Positions 15,491-24,922 of a DNA stretch of 29,900 nt are shown one piece after another. Numbering within the stretch: position 1 is the stretch's first letter; the number at the start of each line of letters is the position of its first letter. This stretch comes from a virus (lineage: Duplodnaviria; Caudoviricetes). The notes beneath the pieces were generated by a model that saw only the letters and a program-made list of their open reading frames with translations, did no database searches and was not told the DNA's origin. The position numbers were made by a program, and so were the translations under genes. Location of the stretch: positions 1-29,900 of IMG/VR virus record IMGVR_UViG_3300022177_000077. One strand, written 5' to 3'.

Positions 15491-18448
15491 ATGAATAAGA
15501 GTGATTTTATTTCTGATGCGGTAGCCCTTGACCTAGGCAAGAGCGGGGTCAAGGTTGCCGAAACGCTTGAAATGCAGATTGGCGATGAGTGGTGGAATTT
15601 AATAAATTCTGCCGATGTACTAAACAATAAAACAGTGTTTGATCTTAGGGAAGATTATACGGTTGTAGTCGGGGACACTATAGATGTAACGGAGTTGAGT
15701 GATAAAACCAGCACAGGCGGGGGTAGTGGGTCAAAGTATTCTGCATCCACTACATATTCTGGAAATATTTATCTGAGCGGGGGCAATATTGCCTATACCT
15801 TTACGGCGTTTCAGCAATATAATGTTTTTTACTTGCTGATCTTTGATAATAATGCGGGAATACATAACAGCCTTACAAGCAGTTGGTCAGGCTATTTTGG
15901 CTTAAAGGGGGCATTTTGGGATTCGGTTAATTCTAGAATAGTAGCGATATTTGCAAAGGGCGATTCTCCCCGCTTCGGAGTTTTATATGCAGAAGTAAAC
16001 AGTTCTTCGCTGTCTAGCGCAACAGCAACATCGAATCCTATAAGTTCTGGATTCTCTCAGATCAAAACCTTTCAAGAAGTCCCTGATAGTGTATATAGCT
16101 TGTTTTGTACAAGTAATAATATTTACGTTAAAAAAACAGAAATGGTAAGTGAGCAAGCCCCATTGACAACGGCAACAAATGTTGTGAGTTCAAGCGGTTA
16201 TGTGCAGATTGCTTCTGCAAGCTACAGGTCTGCCTCAGAAGTACATTTGTTTTTTTCTCGTAAATATAATTCTGCTGGTGTTATGTGGATAGACCAGACA
16301 GACAATAACCTTTACTACGCTCTTGAATCTGACGAATGGCAAACCATGCGTTTTTTGTTGAATATAAACAGGGGCTTCTCCTTAAAGACCGCAGGGAATT
16401 TTGTTATACCAGAGGCACTTGACCACGGCGGTGAATACTTGATTGCGGGAACGGAAAAAAAGATAACTGGCACGGTAACTAAACCGTCTGGCTACGCATA
16501 TCCAGAGAATCTTACAATCACAGGAGTTTGTTCATGTTCAGATAACAGTTTTAAGATTTTTGGTACTGTCGGGTCTTTATGGTATATCTACACCGTATCT
16601 TACAGTACAATGACGATAACTGGTGTTACCAGTGCATATTCTGGTCCTTTCGCCTTATCAGGGTATTATTTACCGGAAATGGTAGGCTATTCTGATGACA
16701 GGGAACTTTATGTTTTGCAAAGTTACCGAAGCGCAAGGACGAAAAACGATAGCCGAGCCGCGATGCTTCTTTGCTACAGTAAAACTTCACAGGAAGTTCT
16801 TTGGATTTGGGGGTATGACGAAAGCGCAGATTGGACGGACTCGACGATATTCCCTGCTACGAATAAAAGAGATTCAAATTGGGCGCAACAATACTTTTTT
16901 GCATATAAAGATACATTGTTCACTTGGCAGATTTATTCAACAGGGTCTACGAACGCATTTTCCGAACATTATATGGTTAGTATTCAAGACGCGATGTTGT
17001 GTAATGTAAAAGAAGATTTTAAAGCCTTGTTGTTGTCTAAAACTAAACAGTATTCGTCAACTCTTTCGCATATTTCATGGTATTCATCCAGACCACCACA
17101 ACCTTCACATATTTCAGTCAGGGCAGTTGGCGAAACATCTGAAACTATTTGTTTTTTGTTGGAATCCTATACTTCATCTAGTGCTGATGGTCCTCATAAT
17201 TGGATCATGGCGTACCACTTCAGAAAGGATACAGGGGCATATTCACACAAGGTAAATTTACATACCTCCGCCAGTCCTGCAATTTTTTGCTGTCCATCTG
17301 TCTGTCTTAAATCGGAGAGAAGATACGATTATAACCTTGATTTCTATACAGACAACAATCAAGATAATTTTGTAAAGACATTCGCATGTACAACAGGAAC
17401 TATAGTTGCTAGATATAGCGGAGTTGAGGAAGATGTATTCATAAAAACAATATCGTCTGAAGTGGTGGACTTTTCACCTTGTTCAGTATTGGTAACTTCT
17501 GAATATGGAGTTGCATCTCTTGTGACATACAATGGCTCCAATTTGACCATTTATTATTTCAACGCATCAACAACTATTGGAAGCACAATGTCAAGAAAAA
17601 TTGTTCTACCCTTCAGCTTCCACAAGATACTTGTAGATGATTTTGCGAATCAGATGGTTTGTCTCAGCGCGCTTGCAGACGGCGATATTTCGTTTGTGCA
17701 GATGAGTGCGGACACCCTGCATGAGGAAAAATACTATGCCCTTAAATCAAGCGACCTGACGGAAATTTATGACCTTGATTGGGGACACGTTTTACTTGGG
17801 GGGATGTCAAGTTCAGACATTAACGGCAGTAAGTGGGCTATCAGGGATTACTCTGGCAAAATGATAATCGGCAAGACTAACGCAATGATTAACGAGGGTT
17901 GGAGTGATGAACCCTCTGGCGGCGGGGAATCCCTTGTAAATTTAAGTTTGCAATACAAGGATGTTAATTATATTCCATACCCATTTGCCAGAGAGGGCAT
18001 TAGGGTCGAACTATCAAATATAAGCAAGATGACCAAAATTACGTTGCCAGAAACCCAGACAGACCTGATCCGCACAATGCTTGCAAGCGGAACGGACTTC
18101 CGCGGGTCAAGGTGCGTTTTGCGAAGGATATTTCCAGACCATGTGAATGAAAGAGGCTCTGACATCGTTCTGCTTGACGGCTATATCCAAGATTGGAATT
18201 ATTCGCCAGACCAGAAGGGGATACTTTTCACCGTCAGTAAGACTTTAATTGATGTAGGGGCATCGTTCCCAAAACGGCTGATGAATATGGGATGCTCCCA
18301 CGTTTTTAAAGGTAAAAGATGCGGATACTTAGGTGCGTCCGGAATATGTACTAAGACAAGGACAGATTGCATCAGTAAAACAAATGTTCTTAAGTTCGGA
18401 GGCTTCCCATGGGTCGCGGCGAGACAGCGCAGGATCATGTGGCGATGA
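15491..18448 (+). CDS. Lambda gpL-like tail hub protein with a ~770-aa internal insertion
   Basis: YKDVNYIPYPF..DFRGSRCVLRRIF..PKRL..CSHVFKGKRCGY..CTKTRTDC..FGGFP C-terminus; AT-rich beta-strand-like centre. Confidence 0.8.
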   Translation: MNKSDFISDAVALDLGKSGVKVAETLEMQIGDEWWNLINSADVLNNKTVFDLREDYTVVVGDTIDVTELSDKTSTGGGSGSKYSASTTYSGNIYLSGGNIAYTFTAFQQYNVFYLLIFDNNAGIHNSLTSSWSGYFGLKGAFWDSVNSRIVAIFAKGDSPRFGVLYAEVNSSSLSSATATSNPISSGFSQIKTFQEVPDSVYSLFCTSNNIYVKKTEMVSEQAPLTTATNVVSSSGYVQIASASYRSASEVHLFFSRKYNSAGVMWIDQTDNNLYYALESDEWQTMRFLLNINRGFSLKTAGNFVIPEALDHGGEYLIAGTEKKITGTVTKPSGYAYPENLTITGVCSCSDNSFKIFGTVGSLWYIYTVSYSTMTITGVTSAYSGPFALSGYYLPEMVGYSDDRELYVLQSYRSARTKNDSRAAMLLCYSKTSQEVLWIWGYDESADWTDSTIFPATNKRDSNWAQQYFFAYKDTLFTWQIYSTGSTNAFSEHYMVSIQDAMLCNVKEDFKALLLSKTKQYSSTLSHISWYSSRPPQPSHISVRAVGETSETICFLLESYTSSSADGPHNWIMAYHFRKDTGAYSHKVNLHTSASPAIFCCPSVCLKSERRYDYNLDFYTDNNQDNFVKTFACTTGTIVARYSGVEEDVFIKTISSEVVDFSPCSVLVTSEYGVASLVTYNGSNLTIYYFNASTTIGSTMSRKIVLPFSFHKILVDDFANQMVCLSALADGDISFVQMSADTLHEEKYYALKSSDLTEIYDLDWGHVLLGGMSSSDINGSKWAIRDYSGKMIIGKTNAMINEGWSDEPSGGGESLVNLSLQYKDVNYIPYPFAREGIRVELSNISKMTKITLPETQTDLIRTMLASGTDFRGSRCVLRRIFPDHVNERGSDIVLLDGYIQDWNYSPDQKGILFTVSKTLIDVGASFPKRLMNMGCSHVFKGKRCGYLGASGICTKTRTDCISKTNVLKFGGFPWVAARQRRIMWR

Positions 18449-18825
18449 AATTCATTTGCCCATATTCGGAAGATGAGATTGTTGCTCGTGCAAGGTCTTG
18501 GGTCGGAAAACCAGTTGCAAGAGCAGAATGGAGGCAGGGTGTGACGTGTATTCACCTTGCCTCTTTTTCGTATGGATGGGATGACATCATTCCTAAAAAC
18601 TGGTTTGCTTGGAGCATGGATGACCTAGCAAAACTTTCGGGGTGGACGATAGTTGGACGTGAACCAAAGCGCGGGGATTTTGGGATATTTGAGATACGCG
18701 GGAAAGAACATCTGGGGATATTCACAAGCGACGATACTTTTGTCCATGCTGGGAGCATCGCTTTTGTCGAGGCAAAAGCAGATAGGTTTATGCGGTATTT
18801 TAAGGGGGTGTTGACTTGGCAATAG
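18445..18825 (+). CDS. NlpC/P60-like tail tip protein (gpK-like)
   Basis: ARSWVGKP, GVTC, GDFGIF, HLGIF, FVHA (Cys-His-His); ATGA overlap with the upstream stop. Confidence 0.8.
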   Translation: MKFICPYSEDEIVARARSWVGKPVARAEWRQGVTCIHLASFSYGWDDIIPKNWFAWSMDDLAKLSGWTIVGREPKRGDFGIFEIRGKEHLGIFTSDDTFVHAGSIAFVEAKADRFMRYFKGVLTWQ

Positions 18826-20948
18826 CGGGGATGTTCTCAGGCTTGCTCGGATGGCTATTTGTCGGAGCGGCGATATATTCTTGGCTGACATATAAAGATT
18901 ACAGTTCTTCCAGTTCTCCGCAATCAGCATTTTCAGACCCCGGAGTTGGCGGAGGACCTTGGGCGCACCCGACCAGTTCTCAGACCCCCATTCCGTTGGT
19001 GTTCGGCACGGCACGTTCAACGATGCCTGTAATTCATTACCGGCTAGAAGGAGATCAGTATCAAGATATGTGGCTCGTCTGTGCTGTAGGAGAAGATTGG
19101 AGTTCCCTTGATCCAGATTATGAAACTGCTGTCGGAGCGGTCTGGCTGAATGATACTCTATTGTCTCGGTTCTCACGATATACGGCAAATCCTGACCTTT
19201 ATGACCGCGATCACGATTGGTGCAGATTTTACCCCATCGGCAGGGGTTGCAATATTTATTGGAAATCAGAAGGTAAGCATGTTTTTCAGAAAGAGGCAAC
19301 AGCTGATGTCCCTGCTGAAAGTTACAACCTACAAGCCACACACGATGCGTATATTTCCTTCCCAATTGTATGCACCGTGCGACTTATCCACCAGTTCAAA
19401 GAGGGAGGTTCGACACAAGCGTTTAAGGTTACGGTTTTCTACAGCACGGAAGTTTCGGGAAGTCCAGAAATCGTGCTTTTCAATGGCTCTGTTTTTAAGA
19501 CCGCAACCCAGACCGTAGAGGCGGGGAAAGATTCTGAAACAATAAATGTCGCAGGAACTCAGGAGAGCGTTTATGAGGTTAATCTGCCCTATAAAGGAAC
19601 ATTCAAGGTTAAGGTTGAACTGATTTCCGCATCCAACGAGGGTCAGCTTTACCTCGATTCCGTGGAACTGGAAGATTTGGCGGTGCAGAGCGAAGCGGTC
19701 GAGTCATACGGAACGTCCCTCTTGGTTGTCCATGTCCGTGATGTTGACGGAACAATGGTCAAGCCAACAGTAACGGCGATGGTTACAGGAGGTCCTTCCA
19801 ATCCAGCGGAGGCTCTGCTTTGGTTGTTGGAAAACAGGGAGGTCAGCTTGGGGATCGGCACAGACTATATTGATGAGGTCAGTTTTACGGAGGCATCGGC
19901 AAAGTGTGATGAGTACGGATACACGTTCAATCGCGCTTACTGCGCCGTGTCGAATTTTGAAACTGTGATCCACGATATGTGCAAGTCTGGGAGGTTGCTC
20001 CTTGGGGAATACGGCGGGAAACTGGCTTGCGTATTTGACGAGGAAATTCCCGCTCTGAATACCCGTGTCGTGGACATGATGACGATGGCTGACAACGCCA
20101 ATTATGGCGACACATCAATGCAAAACATTCCTAACCGTTTCGTAATTAAGTATGTGGACAGTGCCGTTGAATCAACAGCACAGGACATTGTACTTGAAGA
20201 TATTGTTCTTCAGCAGAAAGCAGGGGTCGTGAATGAAAAGACGATTGTCCTCTACGGAATCACAACACAGGTGAAGGCATGGGAATTAGGTTGGTATCAT
20301 GCCCACTGGGCGCAAGCGAGCAAATGGCTTGAGTTCGACATGAAACCTATGCTCTGGGATTTGTCGCCGAGTTCTGTCATTACAACCGTCAGTTCCGAAG
20401 ATCCATTCCTCAATAACCGTGAATGGATGCTTGTAGGGTTTGACGAAACCGAACTAAACAGGTACAGGGCAAAAGCAATCGAATACAAGCGGTCGGCGTT
20501 TCACCCAGAGGGTTATGTAGAGGAGTTCCCGACTGTCTATATCGAGGATTTCGTCCCTTCAAATGCGCCGAACGTATCGAACGCCCCATCGGGAGCGGTT
20601 GCGATATCGCTTCTTACTCTTGAGCATACAAGCACGGGCGAGGCTAAAATCACGCTGAGGCTGAACGGCATCCCTGCCGAGGCGACCTATGTAAAAATAT
20701 ATCGGAGCTACAGCGGCACGAATTTTGCCCTCTTGGCAGAGATAGAGGGCGGGGTGACTTCCTTTGATTATTCCTATATCGAAAATCAGCTTTGGACTTT
20801 TGTGTGGTACAAGGCGACCGTTCGGTCATCAAAGGGGGAAACACTTCTTGCGGGCGCGCCGACCACACAGGTCTACGTTACGGGAGTCGAGGAAAATGTC
20901 CCAGGATTCGGCAGGGGCGCATACGGCAGACAGCCTTACGGATATTAA
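18816..20948 (+). CDS. Central tail tip/host-specificity protein (gpI/gpJ-like) with FN3-like C-terminal domain
   Basis: PIPLVFG, SNPAEALLWLL, IDEVSF, PNRFVIKYVD, YGITT; IYRS..WYKATV; ends GFGRGAYGRQPYGY; start 18816 or 18829 region uncertain. Confidence 0.82.
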   Translation: MAIAGMFSGLLGWLFVGAAIYSWLTYKDYSSSSSPQSAFSDPGVGGGPWAHPTSSQTPIPLVFGTARSTMPVIHYRLEGDQYQDMWLVCAVGEDWSSLDPDYETAVGAVWLNDTLLSRFSRYTANPDLYDRDHDWCRFYPIGRGCNIYWKSEGKHVFQKEATADVPAESYNLQATHDAYISFPIVCTVRLIHQFKEGGSTQAFKVTVFYSTEVSGSPEIVLFNGSVFKTATQTVEAGKDSETINVAGTQESVYEVNLPYKGTFKVKVELISASNEGQLYLDSVELEDLAVQSEAVESYGTSLLVVHVRDVDGTMVKPTVTAMVTGGPSNPAEALLWLLENREVSLGIGTDYIDEVSFTEASAKCDEYGYTFNRAYCAVSNFETVIHDMCKSGRLLLGEYGGKLACVFDEEIPALNTRVVDMMTMADNANYGDTSMQNIPNRFVIKYVDSAVESTAQDIVLEDIVLQQKAGVVNEKTIVLYGITTQVKAWELGWYHAHWAQASKWLEFDMKPMLWDLSPSSVITTVSSEDPFLNNREWMLVGFDETELNRYRAKAIEYKRSAFHPEGYVEEFPTVYIEDFVPSNAPNVSNAPSGAVAISLLTLEHTSTGEAKITLRLNGIPAEATYVKIYRSYSGTNFALLAEIEGGVTSFDYSYIENQLWTFVWYKATVRSSKGETLLAGAPTTQVYVTGVEENVPGFGRGAYGRQPYGY

Positions 20949-20959
20949 GGAGGGAAGAC

Positions 20960-21541
20960 ATGAGTATTTATATATGTGGGGCTTGCAACTGCGGAAAGGC
21001 TGAGATCGCGAGAAAACTGGGGCTGGATTTCCCAGACCTCAGAGTCGTAATTGATCCGTCAGAAATGGTGTTCAAGCCCATCTTTGGAGTAGGGCTTGAT
21101 AGGGTTTTCAGAGGCAGGAAATGGGAGGGAAAAACCGATGAAGCGCATAAAGGAATTATTGATTATCTTGACCTCTTGGAGCAGGAAGACATTGTCACGA
21201 ATGAAGGAGCTTTGGCGTTCCTTACGCACGTGGCTTTCTTCGGTGTTTTAAGTTCGTTTAATGATGAACAGCGAAAAGTGATATTACTAAGGTGTTACGC
21301 ACAATTGCGCAAGGGTCATCATTTTGTTGTGAGGCGGTGGGCTGACAACGGGAATTTCTGCCAAACGAGTGTACAGCTTCAGAGGGACATCGGCGTTGGC
21401 AGAAAGAACATTTATATCATTCCGCCCGCGTCAGATTATGACAGCACGGTCGAGCAGGGATATGAATTCATCAAGCGAAGAATGGAGGCGGTGAACAATG
21501 GCACTATCGACAACGGCGAATTACGGTCTGAGAAAGCATGA
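20960..21541 (+). CDS. Hypothetical protein with N-terminal P-loop-like motif
   Basis: AAGGAGG RBS + ATG 20960; IYICGACNCGKAEIARKL. Confidence 0.6.
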   Translation: MSIYICGACNCGKAEIARKLGLDFPDLRVVIDPSEMVFKPIFGVGLDRVFRGRKWEGKTDEAHKGIIDYLDLLEQEDIVTNEGALAFLTHVAFFGVLSSFNDEQRKVILLRCYAQLRKGHHFVVRRWADNGNFCQTSVQLQRDIGVGRKNIYIIPPASDYDSTVEQGYEFIKRRMEAVNNGTIDNGELRSEKA

Positions 21542-22556
21542 TGCGGGAGACTTGAACTGGGACGTTGATGTCAACTGGAACATGACCGAGATAGACAAAA
21601 AGCTGAAACTCCTGTTTGCCAACTTTTTAACCTGTTCAACAGCAGCGGGAACAGCGGCGAAGGTTGCATCTTTTACGAATTTCGCACTTGAAGCCGGGTG
21701 CCTTATCGCCGTCAAATTCACCAACGGAAACAGCGCGAGCGGAGCAACTTTAAACGTGAACAGCACGGGAGCAAAGGCAATACAGTATAACGGCGCGGCG
21801 ATCCCGACTAATGCCATTGTTGCAAACGGTATATATCTGCTTACTTATGACGGCACGAACTGGGCTTTGCTGAATCCTGTAACGGTTTCCGATGCGATAA
21901 CCGAAGACGAGACAGGGCTTGCCCCTTCTCAGGGAGCGGTATTTGATGCGCTGGCATTGAAACTAGATTCCTCAGATGTTGCAGTAACAGCGGCGGCGAA
22001 TAAGATTCCGAAGGCTGATGCGTTAGGCAAGATTAACCTTGGTTATCTGCCTGATGCTCAGACTACATTCGCCACAACCAGCACCAACGATGCGACCAGC
22101 CCAACGGCAGCTCCGCTGAAGAGTGCTGGGGGGCTTGCGGTAGCAAAGAGTGCTTGGTTCGGCGGCCCTCTGAAAATGGTTGGGCTAGGTACAACTGCCA
22201 GCCGATGGATTGGGGAGATCCCACCCGCAACCACGGCTACCGTTACAATACTGTCTCGGTTTGCGACTAATGGGGCACGTCCAGCGATATTGACAATTTA
22301 TACCTCAAAAGGCATAGGGAGTAATGTCTGCGGAGTAGCGAAATATATTATTTACCCCAGCCTCACGTTTGTTATAGCCGCTCAATGGGGAGCAAGCGGG
22401 GCGCTCGGTGGATATGAGTCGGTGGTGCTATCGGTTAATGGGAATAATTTACAGGCCACAAAAGCGGATTCTACGGTAGGGTGTTGCTTAGAACTGGAAA
22501 CCCTAAACAATACCAATCCGTGGGTATCGCCCAGCGCAGAATATTTCTCAGTTTAG
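21498..22556 (+). CDS. Tail fibre/receptor-binding protein
   Basis: TANYGLRK..NMTEIDKKLK anchor; CSTAAGTAAK..VKFTNGNS..TLNVNSTGAKAI..TYDGTNW module; GGLAVAKS fibre motif. Confidence 0.82.
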   Translation: MALSTTANYGLRKHDAGDLNWDVDVNWNMTEIDKKLKLLFANFLTCSTAAGTAAKVASFTNFALEAGCLIAVKFTNGNSASGATLNVNSTGAKAIQYNGAAIPTNAIVANGIYLLTYDGTNWALLNPVTVSDAITEDETGLAPSQGAVFDALALKLDSSDVAVTAAANKIPKADALGKINLGYLPDAQTTFATTSTNDATSPTAAPLKSAGGLAVAKSAWFGGPLKMVGLGTTASRWIGEIPPATTATVTILSRFATNGARPAILTIYTSKGIGSNVCGVAKYIIYPSLTFVIAAQWGASGALGGYESVVLSVNGNNLQATKADSTVGCCLELETLNNTNPWVSPSAEYFSV

Positions 22557-22569
22557 GAGGATTATCACA

Positions 22570-22794
22570 ATGACTGTATCTGAAAACCTCGCAATACTCG
22601 AATCTCTTCATCAGGACATGGCACAGGCAATCATTGCCATGCGTGACATGGTGAAATATGGCAATGATTTTACCGAGACGGTGCAGACGCAGAAGTACGC
22701 CGAAATCATGCGCATGGTTGGCGATGCACAACTCAAAAGCGACACACTGGAAGACTTTCGTCAGTACGGAACGTTAGAGCCGGGACAGTGGTAA
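22570..22794 (+). CDS. Small hypothetical protein (possible fibre chaperone)
   Basis: AGGAGG RBS, 74 aa, follows the fibre gene and precedes a terminator. Confidence 0.6.
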   Translation: MTVSENLAILESLHQDMAQAIIAMRDMVKYGNDFTETVQTQKYAEIMRMVGDAQLKSDTLEDFRQYGTLEPGQW

Positions 22795-22817
22795 TATTGC
22801 CTAATAAAACTATACGC

Positions 22818-22852
22818 ATGGACAGGGGTTATCCTCCTGTCCATTTTGTTTT
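22818..22852 (+). terminator. Intrinsic terminator
   Basis: ATGGACAGG/CCTGTCCAT stem followed by TTTGTTTT. Confidence 0.75.
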
Positions 22853-22868
22853 GGTTGGCGGTGGTTAA

Positions 22869-23075
22869 ATGGATGTTCTGACTTTTTACAAGTTAGCAAA
22901 AGGGTTTCGACACATCAACGCCTTCGCCGTCACGGTTCAGTCCGCTGTCGAGACGGGCCACTGGACAAGCCCGTTATGGCTAAATACTTACAACGGAGCA
23001 GGGCTAAAAGCACCTCCGTCATGGCGAGCAAGAATAAACGAATTAGAAGAGATGATGGAGCAATTAGATGTTTAG
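22869..23075 (+). pseudogene. Truncated glucosaminidase (GH73-like) endolysin remnant
   Basis: MD..TFY..AK...IN.FAV.VQ...E...W...L....N.AGLK...W aligns with the N-terminus of 23328-24491, then diverges after ~52 aa. Confidence 0.75.
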
Positions 23076-23092
23076 CCTGTAGATGTAGATTT

Positions 23093-23130
23093 TGCCCCTT
23101 TCGCGACTTTTCACAGAGGGGCATTTTTTA
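23093..23130 (+). terminator. Intrinsic terminator
   Basis: TGCCCCTTT/AGAGGGGCA stem followed by TTTTTT. Confidence 0.65.
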
Positions 23131-23149
23131 TATGAATGGAGGGGTCTCG

Positions 23150-23233
23150 ATGATGTGCCTAGTTGTCCTTGCGATTATCGGCGTAATCGCTATCGCGCTC
23201 GCCTGTTACATCGACAGCGGGGCGAATGAATAA
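23150..23233 (+). CDS. 27-aa hydrophobic peptide
   Basis: GGAGG RBS; MMCLVVLAIIGVIAIALACYIDSGANE. Confidence 0.45.
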   Translation: MMCLVVLAIIGVIAIALACYIDSGANE

Positions 23234-23312
23234 AATGCTTGCGAAAATTGCAGAAGCTATAACGAGTCTGTTGGCAAAGGCGAATGAAGTGTTTTTCGGC
23301 GGAGAGTTCTGA
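23226..23312 (+). CDS. 28-aa amphipathic peptide
   Basis: Overlaps the previous stop; MNKMLAKIAEAITSLLAKANEVFFGGEF; fills the gap to the endolysin RBS. Confidence 0.35.
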   Translation: MNKMLAKIAEAITSLLAKANEVFFGGEF

Positions 23313-23327
23313 CATGAGGGTGAAGGG

Positions 23328-24491
23328 ATGGACAACGCTACATTTTATGAAAAGGCAAAAAAACACAGCAAGTTAATAAACCCGTTTGCGGTGCTTGTCC
23401 AGTGCAATTGGGAGTCCCGCGAAAAAGGGAAAGAGTGGGCAACCGAACTTTGCACGAAAGCGAACAATTGCGCGGGGCTGAAGGTTTGGAACGAGTGGAA
23501 CGGCGCGGTCTACCCAAAGGTTTCATGGGAGCAGAATTCTGACGGCACGAAGGTGAACCGCATGAGCCTTTTCTGCAATTACGCGACTATCGAGGAATTT
23601 ATGGAGAACTACGTGCTGAAGATAACCTCAAGCTATCCGAAGTGTTATCTCAAGAGGGACAACTTCTTCGGATATTTTGACGGGCTTTTTGAGGGCAAGT
23701 GGGGAGCTTGGGCAACGGACAGGGCTTACTTCTCGCGTCTGGTAAGCAACGCGATAGCCCTCGCGCCTCAGATATTCGGCGATGGGTGGGAGCGCAAAAT
23801 AATGTTTGCTTACGAATACGCTATTGACAAAAGGTATCTGTCGGACGAACGGCAGAAAATTCTCACAGAACTCCTTGGGTCTGCGGTCGCTGTCGACCCC
23901 TTGCCAGTGTCTAAGCAACCCCAGAAACTTATCTGCCTTGACTTCGGACACGGGGGAAAGGATTCTGGCGCGTTCCAGAACGGCATCAGAGAAAAAGATG
24001 TCAACCTTGCTTACGGTCAGCGGATCGGTGCGAACCTTTCTGGGCTTGGATACGACCTCATGTACACGAGGGTAGGTGATGAATATGTTCAGCTTTCGGA
24101 AAGGGCGCGTATCGCGGAAAGGCACAGACCTTTACCTTTGGTATTTCTGAGCTTTCATGCGAACAGTTCGGTCAGAATAGATGCAAGTGGATTTGAGGTT
24201 TATACGTATTACGGGCAGGATGAGAGCGACAGGCTTGCGACCGAGATTATTAAGTCCGTACAGAGGGCGTTCCCGAGTATGAAAATAAATAAGGATATGT
24301 CAGACGGCGATCCCGACAAAGAGGCGAACTTTGCTGTTCTAAGGGAAACCCCGAACATTCCATCCGCGCTTGTAGAGCTTGGTTTTTTGAGCAATCCGAC
24401 AGAGGCAAAAAATATTATGAACACGAACTATCGCGAGAAACTTTGCTTTGCGATAGCTCGCGGAGTTGATTCCTTTCTGGGGGGAGCGTGA
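23328..24491 (+). CDS. Endolysin: glucosaminidase (GH73-like) + N-acetylmuramoyl-L-alanine amidase (Amidase_3)
   Basis: QCNWES, NNCAGLK, WATD; LDFGHGGKDSGA, EKDVNL, FLSFHANS, LVELGFLSN. Confidence 0.92.
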   Translation: MDNATFYEKAKKHSKLINPFAVLVQCNWESREKGKEWATELCTKANNCAGLKVWNEWNGAVYPKVSWEQNSDGTKVNRMSLFCNYATIEEFMENYVLKITSSYPKCYLKRDNFFGYFDGLFEGKWGAWATDRAYFSRLVSNAIALAPQIFGDGWERKIMFAYEYAIDKRYLSDERQKILTELLGSAVAVDPLPVSKQPQKLICLDFGHGGKDSGAFQNGIREKDVNLAYGQRIGANLSGLGYDLMYTRVGDEYVQLSERARIAERHRPLPLVFLSFHANSSVRIDASGFEVYTYYGQDESDRLATEIIKSVQRAFPSMKINKDMSDGDPDKEANFAVLRETPNIPSALVELGFLSNPTEAKNIMNTNYREKLCFAIARGVDSFLGGA

Positions 24492-24922
24492 GTGATCGGA
24501 TGGAAGACATGAGGCAAGTAGACATCAAACAGCTAGAAATTGCCATGCAAGCGACATTGAACGCATCTTTGCAAGTTATAAGCAAAGAGATTTTCACAAA
24601 GCTCGACTTAGACAGCGAGAAGAAACAGCGGTCGATTGACAAGATTTATGAAAAGATCGACGAGAAGTACAAGCGACAGGAGAAGTGCTTGAACGATTTT
24701 GTTGACAAGGTTGACGAACGGCTCGATGAGATGGACAGCGAAATCTCAGCCATAAAAATCGAGTGTGCCATCAGACGAGCCCCTTTTGAGCGGGTCGTTG
24801 CTCATGTCGAGACTCCGCATGAGGATAACGATTCGTGGGCATACAGGAAAATCGGAGAACGGTTTGTCCAGATCGTTTATGGGGTCATCATCGCGTACCT
24901 GTGTTGGAGGATAACGCGGTGA
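24488..24922 (+). CDS. Coiled-coil protein with C-terminal TM helix (holin-associated/XhlA-like)
   Basis: Charged heptads followed by FVQIVYGVIIAYLCW; located in the lysis module. Confidence 0.55.
   Translation: MSDRMEDMRQVDIKQLEIAMQATLNASLQVISKEIFTKLDLDSEKKQRSIDKIYEKIDEKYKRQEKCLNDFVDKVDERLDEMDSEISAIKIECAIRRAPFERVVAHVETPHEDNDSWAYRKIGERFVQIVYGVIIAYLCWRITR

Noticed and set aside
10999-20948. Contractile (myovirus) tail
   Set aside because: No full sheath or baseplate wedge genes; the layout is that of a lambda-like non-contractile tail
20792-20959. N-terminal extension of the P-loop-like ORF given in the ORF track
   Set aside because: Overlaps the gpJ-like gene; a strong RBS supports ATG 20960
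23150-23312. Arbitrium-type signalling peptide
   Set aside because: No AimR-like TPR receptor nearby, and the location is the lysis module
21498-23330. Diversity-generating retroelement or shufflon acting on the tail fibre
   Set aside because: No reverse transcriptase, no template/variable repeat pair and no inverted alternative fibre ends seen in this window
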